Part shown: positions 16,263-26,100 of the stretch, in pieces
Position numbering within the stretch: position 1 is the stretch's first letter
How the letters are laid out: each line of letters begins with the position of its first letter
Virus record (IMG/VR): IMGVR_UViG_3300045988_101835
Origin: a virus
Reading direction: 5' to 3' (one strand)
Length of the DNA stretch: 64,000 nt
Notes under the pieces: model-generated
What the model was told of the DNA's origin: nothing
Seen by the model: only the letters and a program-made list of their open reading frames with translations
The model's database searches: none
Position numbers and translations under genes: made by a program

Positions 16263-16895
16263 ATGAACACTAAGGTTAAGATTTTCGAGTTGCAGGTTGG
16301 GGATTACCTTTATGGTCTCACCACGACTCTAGGCTTCAGCCCCTACAGGATTGCTTGCATTGAGCGTCATAAGGATATGGTTGACTTGGAGTTATCGGGT
16401 CAGGGTCCTTCTGTTGGCGAGTATCGTGTTCAGGTTTCGTGTAGAGAGGACACTGCGTTGCTGATGCTGGCGGGTACTATTTACTTTGATAGTATGCACC
16501 TTCTTTATTTGACGGGTTCTTTGTCGGCTTTATACGGCAATGCTACTTATATTGTGCAGTGCATTCAGGATATTGGGTATTCTGCTTTATCTTCGGGTTG
16601 GGTTTCTGCGGATTGTCGTGTTGCCAATTCGGGTTCCCTTGAGGTTGTCTGTGGGTACGATGAGGGTGCCTATCGTCGTGCTATTGTTGCGGGCATTAAC
16701 TTTGGGGGTGCTACTGGAGATTCTGGTCCTTACCTGCAGTTAGAGGTTAATTGCGCTCGTAATCTTTATTTTCGTCTGGGTAGCGATGGTAGAGTTTATA
16801 TGGTGGATGCGACAGCTTTCGAGTCTCGTCAGAAGGCACTTGCTGAGGAGATGAGTCGTTCGTGGTCCAATGCTTCGCCGAACAGCTATTTGTAG
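16263..16895 (+). CDS. Hypothetical protein
   Basis: ORF-track ORF. Confidence 0.6.
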   Translation: MNTKVKIFELQVGDYLYGLTTTLGFSPYRIACIERHKDMVDLELSGQGPSVGEYRVQVSCREDTALLMLAGTIYFDSMHLLYLTGSLSALYGNATYIVQCIQDIGYSALSSGWVSADCRVANSGSLEVVCGYDEGAYRRAIVAGINFGGATGDSGPYLQLEVNCARNLYFRLGSDGRVYMVDATAFESRQKALAEEMSRSWSNASPNSYL

Positions 16896-16924
16896 TTTTT
16901 TTTCTAACTTTCCTTCAATATTTA

Positions 16925-16956
16925 TTTGCATAATTAAATTAACTTTCTTATCTTTG
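16925..16956 (+). promoter_or_regulatory. Bacteroidota-type promoter (TTTG, 20 nt, TAtcTTTG), part of a repeated promoter-leader cassette
   Basis: tttg at 16925-16928 and tatctttg at 16949-16956. The cassette repeats at 32971-33053. Confidence 0.65.
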
Positions 16957-16987
16957 TGGTGTAGAGATAGTTCTACAGCTACTTAGT

Positions 16988-17356
16988 ATGGATTTGGTTA
17001 TGGCAAAGTATGTTTTGGAGAAGGTGATTTCGGGTTCGCAGTTCGTTTACACGGTATATGACGAGTCGGGTAATGTGGTTTCGACCCGCACGAGTTCTAG
17101 GAGTTATGTAGCGTGCACGGCAGACGGTGAGTTTTATTTCTGTCGTCTTAGCTTGATTGGGTCTGCTATTCGGAAGTACGAGCGTGCTATTTCGGATTTA
17201 TCGGCTATTGAGTCTGGTGCTTCTGCGCGTCAGGTTCTGGGCTACTATAAGCGTACTATTTACTCGGATTACAATCTTGATGATCTCCGGGAGCTTGCTT
17301 CTCGTGCGGAGGTTCGTCTTCCGAAGTTGCGGGCTATTGCTTATCTGGCGGAGTAG
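16988..17356 (+). CDS. Hypothetical protein
   Basis: ORF-track ORF with an alternative ATG at 17000. Confidence 0.55.
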   Translation: MDLVMAKYVLEKVISGSQFVYTVYDESGNVVSTRTSSRSYVACTADGEFYFCRLSLIGSAIRKYERAISDLSAIESGASARQVLGYYKRTIYSDYNLDDLRELASRAEVRLPKLRAIAYLAE

Positions 17357-17363
17357 CTATATT

Positions 17364-17405
17364 CCTGCGGGGAGTTCTTTTTCTCTCCGCAGGCTTTCAT
17401 TTTTA
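17364..17405 (+). terminator. Rho-independent terminator (cctgcggggag-N8-ctctccgcagg, then T-rich tail)
   Basis: 11-bp stem with one G-U pair, read directly from the sequence. Confidence 0.65.
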
Positions 17406-17430
17406 GTGTTGAATTTTAATTTTGTGGATT

Positions 17431-17637
17431 ATGATTGAGACAATGCGTGTTAAGGACTTTCTGAAGGATTCTCGCCGTCATGGGCGTTATGCTATCGGGA
17501 CTTCTCCGTCTAACTTGAAGACGGTTTCGGGGTACTCTGATAATACGTCGGGAGGACGCCGCTTCCTTCGTTTTTCGCATATGGAGGTTGTCGTTGATGA
17601 CTTCACGACGGTTGTCGTTGACTTTTCGCAGCGTTAG
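17431..17637 (+). CDS. Hypothetical protein
   Basis: ATG at 17431 within ORF-track ORF 17422..17637. Confidence 0.45.
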   Translation: MIETMRVKDFLKDSRRHGRYAIGTSPSNLKTVSGYSDNTSGGRRFLRFSHMEVVVDDFTTVVVDFSQR

Positions 17638-17675
17638 CGTCCTGCCATTTGGTTAACTTTTAATATGCAATCAGT

Positions 17676-18563
17676 ATGAGTAGTATGATGACTATGGGTT
17701 TGGGTTTAGCTGCTGGGTACACGAGCGCTGCTACGGATATTCCTATGAAGTTCTGCCCTAAGTGTGGTGTTTCGAAGCCTTTGTCTTTGTTTTCGCGTAG
17801 TTCTGCGAATAAGGACGGCCTTCAGTGTTGGTGTCGCTCTTGCCGGAGTATTGCCGCTAAGGCTCGTGCAGCTCGTCGCAAGGCTGCTAAGGCTGCTGCT
17901 AAGGAGGAGGGTGCTAGTAAGTCGGATGTTTCTACGCCTTCTACTGTGGAGGATGGTTCTACTCATATTCGGCGTTCGGATTATCATGTTGTTTCGGCTT
18001 CGGACGCGGAGGTTCTTGGCGGCGTAGTTCCGGCGGGTAAACCTGCGTCGAATTCGGTTCTGCGCGCTCATGGTTTTCAGCGTTGCTCTAAGTGTCATTC
18101 TATCCTGCCGCTTTCTGAGTTCACTTCGTCTTCTGGTCGTGTAGACTACTACTGTAAGGAGTGTCGTAAGTCGGCTACTGACTCGTCACGTTCTGCTGCT
18201 TCGTCTGCGAAGTTGTGTGCTTCCAGTGCGGAGTTGAAGAAGGCTATGTCGGTTGAGGTTCCGGCGGCTAAGGTTGTGGCCCGCAATGGTGTTCCTACGT
18301 CGGAGTCTATGCTTCCGCGTCGCCTTCGTAGGTTATCCCCCCCCCTTGCGGCGGATGCCGTTCCGGGGAGTTCCGACCGCGTGTCTTCAGTGGATGTGTG
18401 TATTGAGTCGGGTGTGTGCTCTGATTTGAGTGATACGCGCGGCTTTAACCCTTTGTTCGAGGGCATCTCGTCGGAGGAGTTGTTTTCGGAGCTTGAGGCT
18501 CGTGGTTTTGCTCTGGCTGGCGTTTACCGCCTTCGTGTCATTCGGGAGCGCGTTGTCAGGTAG
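17676..18563 (+). CDS. Protein with two repeated CxxC...CxxC zinc-ribbon modules
   Basis: CPKCG..KPLSLFS......DGLQCWCRSCR and CSKCH..LPLSEFT.....VDYYCKECR. Confidence 0.6.
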   Translation: MSSMMTMGLGLAAGYTSAATDIPMKFCPKCGVSKPLSLFSRSSANKDGLQCWCRSCRSIAAKARAARRKAAKAAAKEEGASKSDVSTPSTVEDGSTHIRRSDYHVVSASDAEVLGGVVPAGKPASNSVLRAHGFQRCSKCHSILPLSEFTSSSGRVDYYCKECRKSATDSSRSAASSAKLCASSAELKKAMSVEVPAAKVVARNGVPTSESMLPRRLRRLSPPLAADAVPGSSDRVSSVDVCIESGVCSDLSDTRGFNPLFEGISSEELFSELEARGFALAGVYRLRVIRERVVR

Positions 18564-18592
18564 TACGTTTACGGTTTATGTAGTTTATTGTT

Positions 18593-18892
18593 ATGGAAGT
18601 CACTCGTGGTTTACTGTTGGATTCTTTGAAGGGGTCTGACAACTTTGATAAGTGTATTTGTCTTGCTAAGTACCTGATTTCGGAGATTGGTGGGACATTT
18701 ACTATCGAGCATATGATGTCGGATACCTATGTGTTTACCTTTCGCTCTTATGATATTGAGGATGCGCTTGCTGTTGTATTCCGGGGTACTCGCTGTACGG
18801 TTTTTCAGTCTGGAGAGGCTCAGCGTATCTTCGTTGGTCCTTTCTCCGGGGATGATCTTAGTGTTCTTTTGGAGCTTTTCGGTGTCGAATGA
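18593..18892 (+). CDS. Hypothetical protein
   Basis: ORF-track ORF that overlaps the next gene by 4 nt. Confidence 0.55.
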   Translation: MEVTRGLLLDSLKGSDNFDKCICLAKYLISEIGGTFTIEHMMSDTYVFTFRSYDIEDALAVVFRGTRCTVFQSGEAQRIFVGPFSGDDLSVLLELFGVE

Positions 18893-19779
18893 GTCGCTTT
18901 CTTTTCATTACGGACTTGCATATAACCACCACGTGTCCGGTCCGCACGGGTAATCCTTTGGAGGATGTTTGTTCTAAGCTTCGGTGGTGTGTCGACTTCG
19001 TCAATGAGCATGATGCTACGTTGCTTCTTGGTGGTGACATCTTCGATAAGCCTACGGTTCCTCTGGAGGCTATTAACATGGTCATCGAGGTCCTTCGTGG
19101 TTGCCGCCGTATGCCATTAGGTGTCTGGGGCAATCACGATCAGCTTTACCGTGCTGCAGAGAATAATCCTAAGTGTGCCCTGTATACACTTGCTTCGTCC
19201 CGTGTCATTGCGCTGATTGATGACCGGGATGTTGAGTTTGAGGATTGTACTGTCACTAATGTTCTACCTTTGCAGACGAGTTCGAGTCCTCAGATTTTCA
19301 TTTATCACGGTTTCCTCAACCAGAAGGACGGTCGGTTCACGGTTCCGCTTTCGGACATTGCTTCTCCATCGAGTCCTACGTTGGTTCTGCTGGGGCATGA
19401 CCATATTGAGTATGCGGACTTGGAGTTGTCGGACTCGGTTACGGTTGTTCGTCCGGGCAGCTTGTTTCGGAATCGCCGTGTTGAGACGTCGGAGCGTCCT
19501 CCTAAGGGGGTCTATGTTGAGGTTTCGAATGGGTCTATTTCTCACCGCATGGTCGAGGTTCCGGCTCGTTCTTTCGACAGCATCTTTGCTGTTAAGACGG
19601 ATGGTTCCGTTGCGCCGTCGGAGGATGTTGATTATGACAAGCTTCTAGAGACGCTTCAGGCGAGCTGTGGTTCTGATGATCTCACGTTTATAGATGCTCT
19701 TTCGTCGGTTGCGGACGAGGACGTCGTTTTGTACTGCGAGGGTGTCGTAGCGGAGAGTCTTCAGTCTTCGGCGCGTTAG
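18889..19779 (+). CDS. Mre11/SbcD-like (T4 gp47-like) metallophosphoesterase nuclease
   Basis: Motifs ITDLH, GGDIFD, GNHD and GHDH in canonical order. Confidence 0.8.
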   Translation: MSRFLFITDLHITTTCPVRTGNPLEDVCSKLRWCVDFVNEHDATLLLGGDIFDKPTVPLEAINMVIEVLRGCRRMPLGVWGNHDQLYRAAENNPKCALYTLASSRVIALIDDRDVEFEDCTVTNVLPLQTSSSPQIFIYHGFLNQKDGRFTVPLSDIASPSSPTLVLLGHDHIEYADLELSDSVTVVRPGSLFRNRRVETSERPPKGVYVEVSNGSISHRMVEVPARSFDSIFAVKTDGSVAPSEDVDYDKLLETLQASCGSDDLTFIDALSSVADEDVVLYCEGVVAESLQSSAR

Positions 19780-19803
19780 TTCATAAACTTTTAACATTTC
19801 CAT

Positions 19804-21027
19804 ATGTCTAATATTAATGATTTTAAGTTAGAGGGGGCTGTGGCGTCGGATGCCATGTCCCCTCTTAGCACGTTAGGTCTTGATGATGTTTCCGCTTCGG
19901 AGCTTGCGGGCATTGCAGAAGCTTCGTCGGGTCTTCCTTATGACCATTACATTTCGTTTTCGAAGCTTCAGGCTACTCCTATGCTTCGTGTTCTGGATTG
20001 CCTTTCAAAGTTGGCAGCGGCTTTGTCAGGCAAGAACGTCCTGATTTCAGCCAATGAGAAGCTCATCACGGTCAAGTATGACAATGCTGCCTACCAGTTT
20101 GTTTTTCGCATTCCGAACTCGTCGGGTAAGACGTTGTCACCTTTTGCCATTCCCATTTCAACCCTGAAGGCATTGTTCGGGAATGTCATGGCTCACTTGG
20201 TTCTCGTCGAGCAGAAGAGTTCCTTCGGGGATCAGCCTGCGGGGCTGTACGCTCATTTCTCGGGGAACCTTGTCTTTGTAGCTACGCAGCCGTTCGACGA
20301 GGGTATGTACAAGTTTGCCTACGACAAGATGACGGATCAGCTTGATGGATCTTACATTAGAACTCACCTTCGTTCCTTTACGTCGCTGCTTGCTTTTTCG
20401 GAGCGGACGTCGGAGCGCCATTTGATCTGTCAGGGTGGGATGTCATATTTGAACATCGGCTCAATTCTGGGGCGCATGAAGTCATTCTTTGGTAATCATG
20501 ACTGCATCATCTCCCGGTATTTGGTTGACTGTATTGCCACGCTTGCTGAGTTCGACGGCACGTCTGTTTCGGGTTTCTTTGCGGACGATCATGCTTCTTT
20601 GAAGTTCGGTGATAGCTGCTACCTTCGATTCGCCTACACTTCGGGGGAGGCTGTTTCTAGGTTCATGAGTCCTTTGTTCCGCAATTCGTTCTCTTATGAC
20701 ACTTCCATCCGTATCGATGATACTCCTTTCTGTCAGTTGCTGACGGTTATCGGGTCTCTGGATTACTTCACGGACACTATTAAGGTTTCCTTCGCTACTA
20801 ATGACTTTACGGTCGTGGCTCACAAGAAGGATGGTTCGGATGCAACTTACAAGTTCCAGTACAAAGAGGGTACGAGTCCGTCGGGGACTATCATCGTGTC
20901 GATTCCGGTTTTGCTTGGTGTTCTGTCGAAGGCTTCGGATGTCACCAAGTATAGCTGTGCTTCTAGTAGCCTTGTTGTTGACTTGGGTGATTGCACTTAC
21001 TGCGTACGCTCTGTGCTAATGGCTTAG
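19804..21027 (+). CDS. Candidate DnaN-like sliding clamp
   Basis: 407 aa. LLAFSERTSERHLICQGGM resembles the DnaN domain-II block fA.s.de.R..L.Gv. Replication-gene context. Confidence 0.4.
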   Translation: MSNINDFKLEGAVASDAMSPLSTLGLDDVSASELAGIAEASSGLPYDHYISFSKLQATPMLRVLDCLSKLAAALSGKNVLISANEKLITVKYDNAAYQFVFRIPNSSGKTLSPFAIPISTLKALFGNVMAHLVLVEQKSSFGDQPAGLYAHFSGNLVFVATQPFDEGMYKFAYDKMTDQLDGSYIRTHLRSFTSLLAFSERTSERHLICQGGMSYLNIGSILGRMKSFFGNHDCIISRYLVDCIATLAEFDGTSVSGFFADDHASLKFGDSCYLRFAYTSGEAVSRFMSPLFRNSFSYDTSIRIDDTPFCQLLTVIGSLDYFTDTIKVSFATNDFTVVAHKKDGSDATYKFQYKEGTSPSGTIIVSIPVLLGVLSKASDVTKYSCASSSLVVDLGDCTYCVRSVLMA

Positions 21028-21055
21028 CCTTCGCGGAGTGCTGTTTGCTTCTACT

Positions 21056-21090
21056 TCCCGGTCCTTGTTTGGGGCCGGGATTTAATTTTT
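21056..21090 (+). terminator. Rho-independent terminator (tcccggtcc-N7-gggccggga, then tttaattttt)
   Basis: 9-bp stem with one G-U pair. Confidence 0.65.
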
Positions 21091-21096
21091 GGTATT

Positions 21097-21112
21097 GTGC
21101 AATTATATATCC
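21097..21112 (+). promoter_or_regulatory. Phage-specific late-promoter-like motif (GTGCAATTATATATCC followed by tATAAAT)
   Basis: Conserved 16-mer, intergenic, immediately after a terminator. Confidence 0.55.
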
Positions 21113-21154
21113 TATAAATTATATCTAGGCGTGATTGTAGAGCTTCTTTCAGGC

Positions 21155-21748
21155 ATGAGTGTTTCGGAGTGTCGGCGTCGTGGTCTTTCGTCGCTTCGTC
21201 CGTCGGGTTTTTCGGGTCCGGGTCTTTATAGCCTTTGTAAGGTTTCTGATTCGGCCTCATTGGTGCTGCTGTCTTCGGATGAGCTTTCCGGAGTTCAGGA
21301 CGCTGCGTCTGAGGGGTCTTTCGTCACGTTTGGAGGCATTAAGTATCGGTTATTACAGGAGACGCCTAATGCGTGGCTTGTAGAGCCACTTTCGGGCGAT
21401 GCTGGGGATTCGGATTCTTTCATCACGTTATTGAAGTCTCAGTATCCGGAGCCTGATCCGGAGGTAGATGCAGATCAGGAGTCGTTGGATGCAGCTACGA
21501 AGGCGCATGCTTCTACGCTTCCTTCGCCGTCGCGTTCTGCTTCTACGCCTAATGTTTCTGCATCGTATGATTTTACGAAGCCTTATAAGTCTTCTGATTT
21601 GAAGTTGGTTGCGTACCCGTACATGAATCCAACGCTGTGGGCGGATGCGGTTAGCGCTGTTGCTTCGCGTGATGGTTCCGATAAGATTATGGTTGGTAAG
21701 GTAGTTTTGGAGTATCGACGCTTGCGTCGTGCTTCTAAGAATAAGTAG
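21155..21748 (+). CDS. Hypothetical late protein
   Basis: ATG at 21155 in ORF-track ORF 21089..21748. The ORF-track start lies inside the promoter motif. Confidence 0.55.
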   Translation: MSVSECRRRGLSSLRPSGFSGPGLYSLCKVSDSASLVLLSSDELSGVQDAASEGSFVTFGGIKYRLLQETPNAWLVEPLSGDAGDSDSFITLLKSQYPEPDPEVDADQESLDAATKAHASTLPSPSRSASTPNVSASYDFTKPYKSSDLKLVAYPYMNPTLWADAVSAVASRDGSDKIMVGKVVLEYRRLRRASKNK

Positions 21749-21753
21749 TAGAC

Positions 21754-22509
21754 ATGCTTAGGGATAGCGATTATAGGGATTTGTGCCGTGTCGAAGACTC
21801 TTCGGCCCGTTCTGTTTTTGATGCCGACGGGGATTCTAAAGGCGTTCTGGGTGCTGTAGGCGGTATTGCTAAGAATGCTCTAAAACGTGGTCTTGGTGAG
21901 GCCGCTAAGGGTATACTTACGGATTTGCTATATGGTTCTACGGGTCTGAAGGGTTCGGATATCGCCAAGTTCCTTGACACGTTGGACAAGAAGCTTCGTC
22001 ATGGCGACCGTGCTGCTTTGTCTGCTGCGCTGTCACAGATTGCTTACGGCAAATGTAATCTTCAGGAGGGCTTCTATATTTTGAGTGCTGCGGATGTCAC
22101 TCCGTCGTCTATGGAGGATTACACTTTCAAGATGCCTATCTTTGCTGCTGTTGACTGGGATTCTTACAAGAAGCTTAAAGAGTACAAGCGTGGTTCTTGG
22201 GAGGATATTGACGATGCAGATGAGCGTGATGAGGCTAAGGCGAAGGAGGAGAAGGAACTTGCGGATTTGCAGTCTAAGTTCATTGACAAGCCTTTGACGG
22301 ACGCCTACGCTGGAGACGACTTTTTGGCTCATATCATTCCGAATCCTGTATCTGGCGACTTGTCGGTTCATTGGGGTTATATTCCCAATAAAAATATTGA
22401 GCAGGCTTTCGTTGCGAACGTATCCGGGGATCGTTCTTTCACGCTTAGTGTTTTTAAGGATGATAAATCTGCGGTTACGGCAGTGCGGCAGAAAGAGGTC
22501 TCGAAGTAG
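21754..22509 (+). CDS. Hypothetical late protein
   Basis: ORF-track ORF. Confidence 0.6.
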   Translation: MLRDSDYRDLCRVEDSSARSVFDADGDSKGVLGAVGGIAKNALKRGLGEAAKGILTDLLYGSTGLKGSDIAKFLDTLDKKLRHGDRAALSAALSQIAYGKCNLQEGFYILSAADVTPSSMEDYTFKMPIFAAVDWDSYKKLKEYKRGSWEDIDDADERDEAKAKEEKELADLQSKFIDKPLTDAYAGDDFLAHIIPNPVSGDLSVHWGYIPNKNIEQAFVANVSGDRSFTLSVFKDDKSAVTAVRQKEVSK

Positions 22510-22540
22510 TTGTGCCTTTAAATTAACTTTCTTATATTTG
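22509..22540 (+). promoter_or_regulatory. Bacteroidota-type promoter (gTTG, 20 nt, TAtaTTTG)
   Basis: tatatttg at 22533-22540. The -33 element matches 3 of 4 positions. Confidence 0.45.
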
Positions 22541-22556
22541 CATAAAATTTACACTC

Positions 22557-23123
22557 ATGAGTTTTACAGATATAATTTCGAGTAGTGTCATCACGGATGC
22601 GGATGCTTCGAGCTATGATTCGGATAAGATGGCTTCTCAGTTTACGGAGACGTTCGGTTTTCCTCGGAAGGGTAAGTGGGGGTCGATGAATTACATTCTT
22701 TCGGTTCCTAGTGGCAATTACGAGGATATTGAGTTGAACTCTGCGGGTGTTCCGGTTTATGCGGGGACGCAGTCTTCACCGTATGGTGGGGCTGTATTTC
22801 TTGTCGAGGTTCTGCCGTCGGGTGAGATGTCGGTCGTTGAGGACCTTTCTTACGCGGGTGTTATGGCGGAGCCTACGGTTGCCGATATTCTTCTCGACTA
22901 TGATCTTTTGGACTCGGATAACGAGTATTATGTTGAGTCCTACGAGAAGAAGTATGGTGCCACGCCGGATGAGGATGCTCGGTATTCTGCTGCGGAGGAT
23001 GTCGATGACAGTATTGATGCGCCTGCACCTTATAATGCGGGTGTGACTATGATGTCTGACATTGGCTCTCATGTTCCGGGTCAGTTTCCGGCTAAGCGCC
23101 GTCGTCGGACTTGTGATAAGTAA
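22557..23123 (+). CDS. Hypothetical protein (acidic body, basic KRRRR tail)
   Basis: ORF-track ORF. Confidence 0.6.
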   Translation: MSFTDIISSSVITDADASSYDSDKMASQFTETFGFPRKGKWGSMNYILSVPSGNYEDIELNSAGVPVYAGTQSSPYGGAVFLVEVLPSGEMSVVEDLSYAGVMAEPTVADILLDYDLLDSDNEYYVESYEKKYGATPDEDARYSAAEDVDDSIDAPAPYNAGVTMMSDIGSHVPGQFPAKRRRRTCDK

Positions 23124-23152
23124 TTCATTTTTCAATTTTTAGATAGTTCATT

Positions 23153-26100
23153 ATGGGAAAAGGTTTTTGGGAACACATGGTTGCGGACAGCACGTCATGG
23201 GTTCAGGATTCGAATGAGCGTCTTAAGGAGTACCTTGAGGGTTCTTTGAGTAAGGCGGGTCTGGAGTCTTTCGTTACGGTTATGCCGCGGCGTGACGGTT
23301 ATCGTATTTATGCTGGGGAGAAGCCGGACGCTCCTTTTGCATATGTAGATGTTTATTTGGACGGCAATGCTTTGGTTGTTGAGGGTTCCAGCAAGCGGCA
23401 TCTTTCGGAGCAGGAGATGGGTGACTTGGCGCGTTTCCTCGGCATTTCGGGTTCGGAGGCTGGTGAGAAGCTCAATCGCTTCCGCAAGTTCATCGACGCG
23501 CTTCAGAAGCACGCGGGCGAGGACGTTGACAAGCTTGAGGACTTGAAGGTTTCGGATGCCTGTGGCAAGGCCGCTAAGGGTCAGAAGATCGGCAAGGCTG
23601 CACCGGAGGCGATTGTGTCAGATGATTTTGGGGCTTCGGCTGAGGTTTACTTGGCTCATGATGGCGACATGTCTTTCGATGACGCTGCCGATATTATTTC
23701 TTCTTTCAATACTGATTACAGTTTGGAGGATGGTCTTTTGTGGGTTTCTGAGAAGTGGGTTGATCCGTCGGATTCTGCCACTGAAGTTAATCTTGCATTT
23801 GCGGCTGGTATTCTCGGTATTGCCAATGGGGATGATATTGTAGCTTCCGATCTTTACGCTAGCTTGTCGGATGACGAGGTTTACGAGAAGCTTGCGGTTA
23901 AAGATTTGGTTGTTCAGGTATATACCTCAGATCATCGCGAGCATCATGAGTTTATTTATAAGGACCCTTCTTATGAATTACTTCGCAAGGTTGCGCGTAC
24001 TGTTCTGTTCTTCTCCGAGGCTCGGGACAACTACAAGGACACTTATGAGGGTCTTAAGAAGATTTTGCCTGCTGCCCAGATCAGCGATTCTGTCTCTGTG
24101 AATTTTAAGAATTCGAAGGGTGGTTCTGTTGTTCGTCAGCTTGCAGGTCAGCGAATTGGCAAGGATGTTTCGAAGGCCCGTCCTGTTCGGGACTCGAAGG
24201 CTTCGGAGGTTGCTAAGATCGACAAGGCTTTGGACTTGGTTCGCAATGCCTATAAGAGCACTGGTAAGAAGTCGGAGGTCAAGGGCATGTCTTTGGACAT
24301 CAAGGGTCTCGATGACGCAGTTGTAGACCTGAAGGCATATAAGTCTGGTAAGGAGGATAAGATTGCCGTTGAGATTCGTTGGAAGGATGGTGAGCGCAAG
24401 GGCTTCGATTATGGTATCGACGCTAAGGCTTCTCATGTTTACGGTGACATTGTTTCGTTAAAGAAGGTCGCCGACAGCTTGGAGGACCCTACGGAGGATT
24501 TAATTGGCGTTGCTAGGGAGGGTGACGTTACTTACGCCGAAGTCGAGAGTATCTTCTCGTCTAATGGTGTCAAGCCGTCTCTTGATGATCGCATTTTTTG
24601 GGTCAACTATAAGTGGGACGATCCGGAGGCTTCGGGGGGTACGGTTCGTATTGACCTGTCTTCGGGTCTTGCAGGCATTGGGGTTCTTGATGAGTATGAG
24701 TCGCTGTTTGTCATGCAGGAGGATCGCTTCCTGCAGGAAGTTAAGGTTGACTATGCTTTAGTTCAGACTACCTTGTATCCGGATAGTAAAGATGCTGAGA
24801 TTGAGTACAAGGAATTCTATTATGAGAATCCCTCGAAGTTCACTCTTAGTCGTATTTCTCGCCTTTTTAAGGCTGTTAGCATCATGGCATTGTCTTATGA
24901 GGGTACTGTACAGCTCTTGGAGGCTGGTCTTCCGAAGGAGGGTCGCGTTTCTGACTCGGTTCATGTTGACATTAAGAATCGCAAGGGTGGCGCTTCGGTT
25001 CGTCAGGTTGAAGGTTCTTGCATAGGCAAGCCTGTTGCAAAGGCGTGCCCGGTTCGTGATTCGAAGCTTGCGGGTCAGAAGGTCGGCAAGGCCGCTCCGA
25101 AGGCTAAGGTTAGTGACTTTGCTGCAGTTCCTGAGTCGGCTTTGGTGCCGTTCCAGAATGCTTGGGCTAAGCTGCAGTCTAATTCCAAGCTTCCGAAGGC
25201 GAAGACGTCTATTGACTATATGGGCGATCTTATTCCTGTTGAGTTGGAGCGCAAGGGAGCAGATGCTGTGGATGTTCGCGTTAACGGCAAGTCTGTTGGT
25301 AGTTACGACTTGAAGAAGGACAGCGCTGACTACGTTTTCAATGCCATTATTGGTCGTGATGATACTACGGTGGGTGATCGCGTTGACAATGGTCTTTCGA
25401 AGACGTCGGATGCTGCTGGTAATTCGGGAATCGAGATGCTTAAATTGCTTTCCCACCTTCTTCTCAATGATATTGATTACACGTTGCAAGATGACGGTTC
25501 GGTTGATGTCGATATCCCTATCGGTTCAGGCAGTGATGGTAGTATTGCAATCACTTTGTCGGGGAATGCTCCTGATTTGAATTCGGCTTTGAAGGGTACT
25601 GTTACGAATGCGAATATTTCAGTTAGTGTGAATGGTTCTGGTGTGCGGTCTTGGGTTGTTTCTTCCTTAGATGCATCAAAGTTAAAGGATGTTCTTTTAG
25701 ATTTGCATGCCTTGTCTGGGAGTTCTTCGGCCACTGTCGATGAGGCTATTGCTATTCTTGACGTTGCTTATGAAGATTTTGCTAAGTCTGCTGTTGCGGA
25801 TGCTGTTGAGGGTACTTTTGCTCCGCAGACTAAAGTTCGCATTAAGTCTCTTTTGACAACCGATCCTTATGGCCATAGCGGCGATGCTGGTGTGGTTCTC
25901 GGTCGTTTGGATGTCGATCCGGATACGGTTGTTGTATTGTTCGAGTCGGGTGTTCCTGTTGCCTTGTATGACATTGACGCTATCGCGCTGGACGGCACTC
26001 CCGCGAAGACTCAGGATGCTGCTCCGGCACCCTTTGCTAAAGTGAAGGAGGGTCTGGAGTTGTTCGTTCCTTTAGCTATCACGGCTCATGGGGGTTCGGT

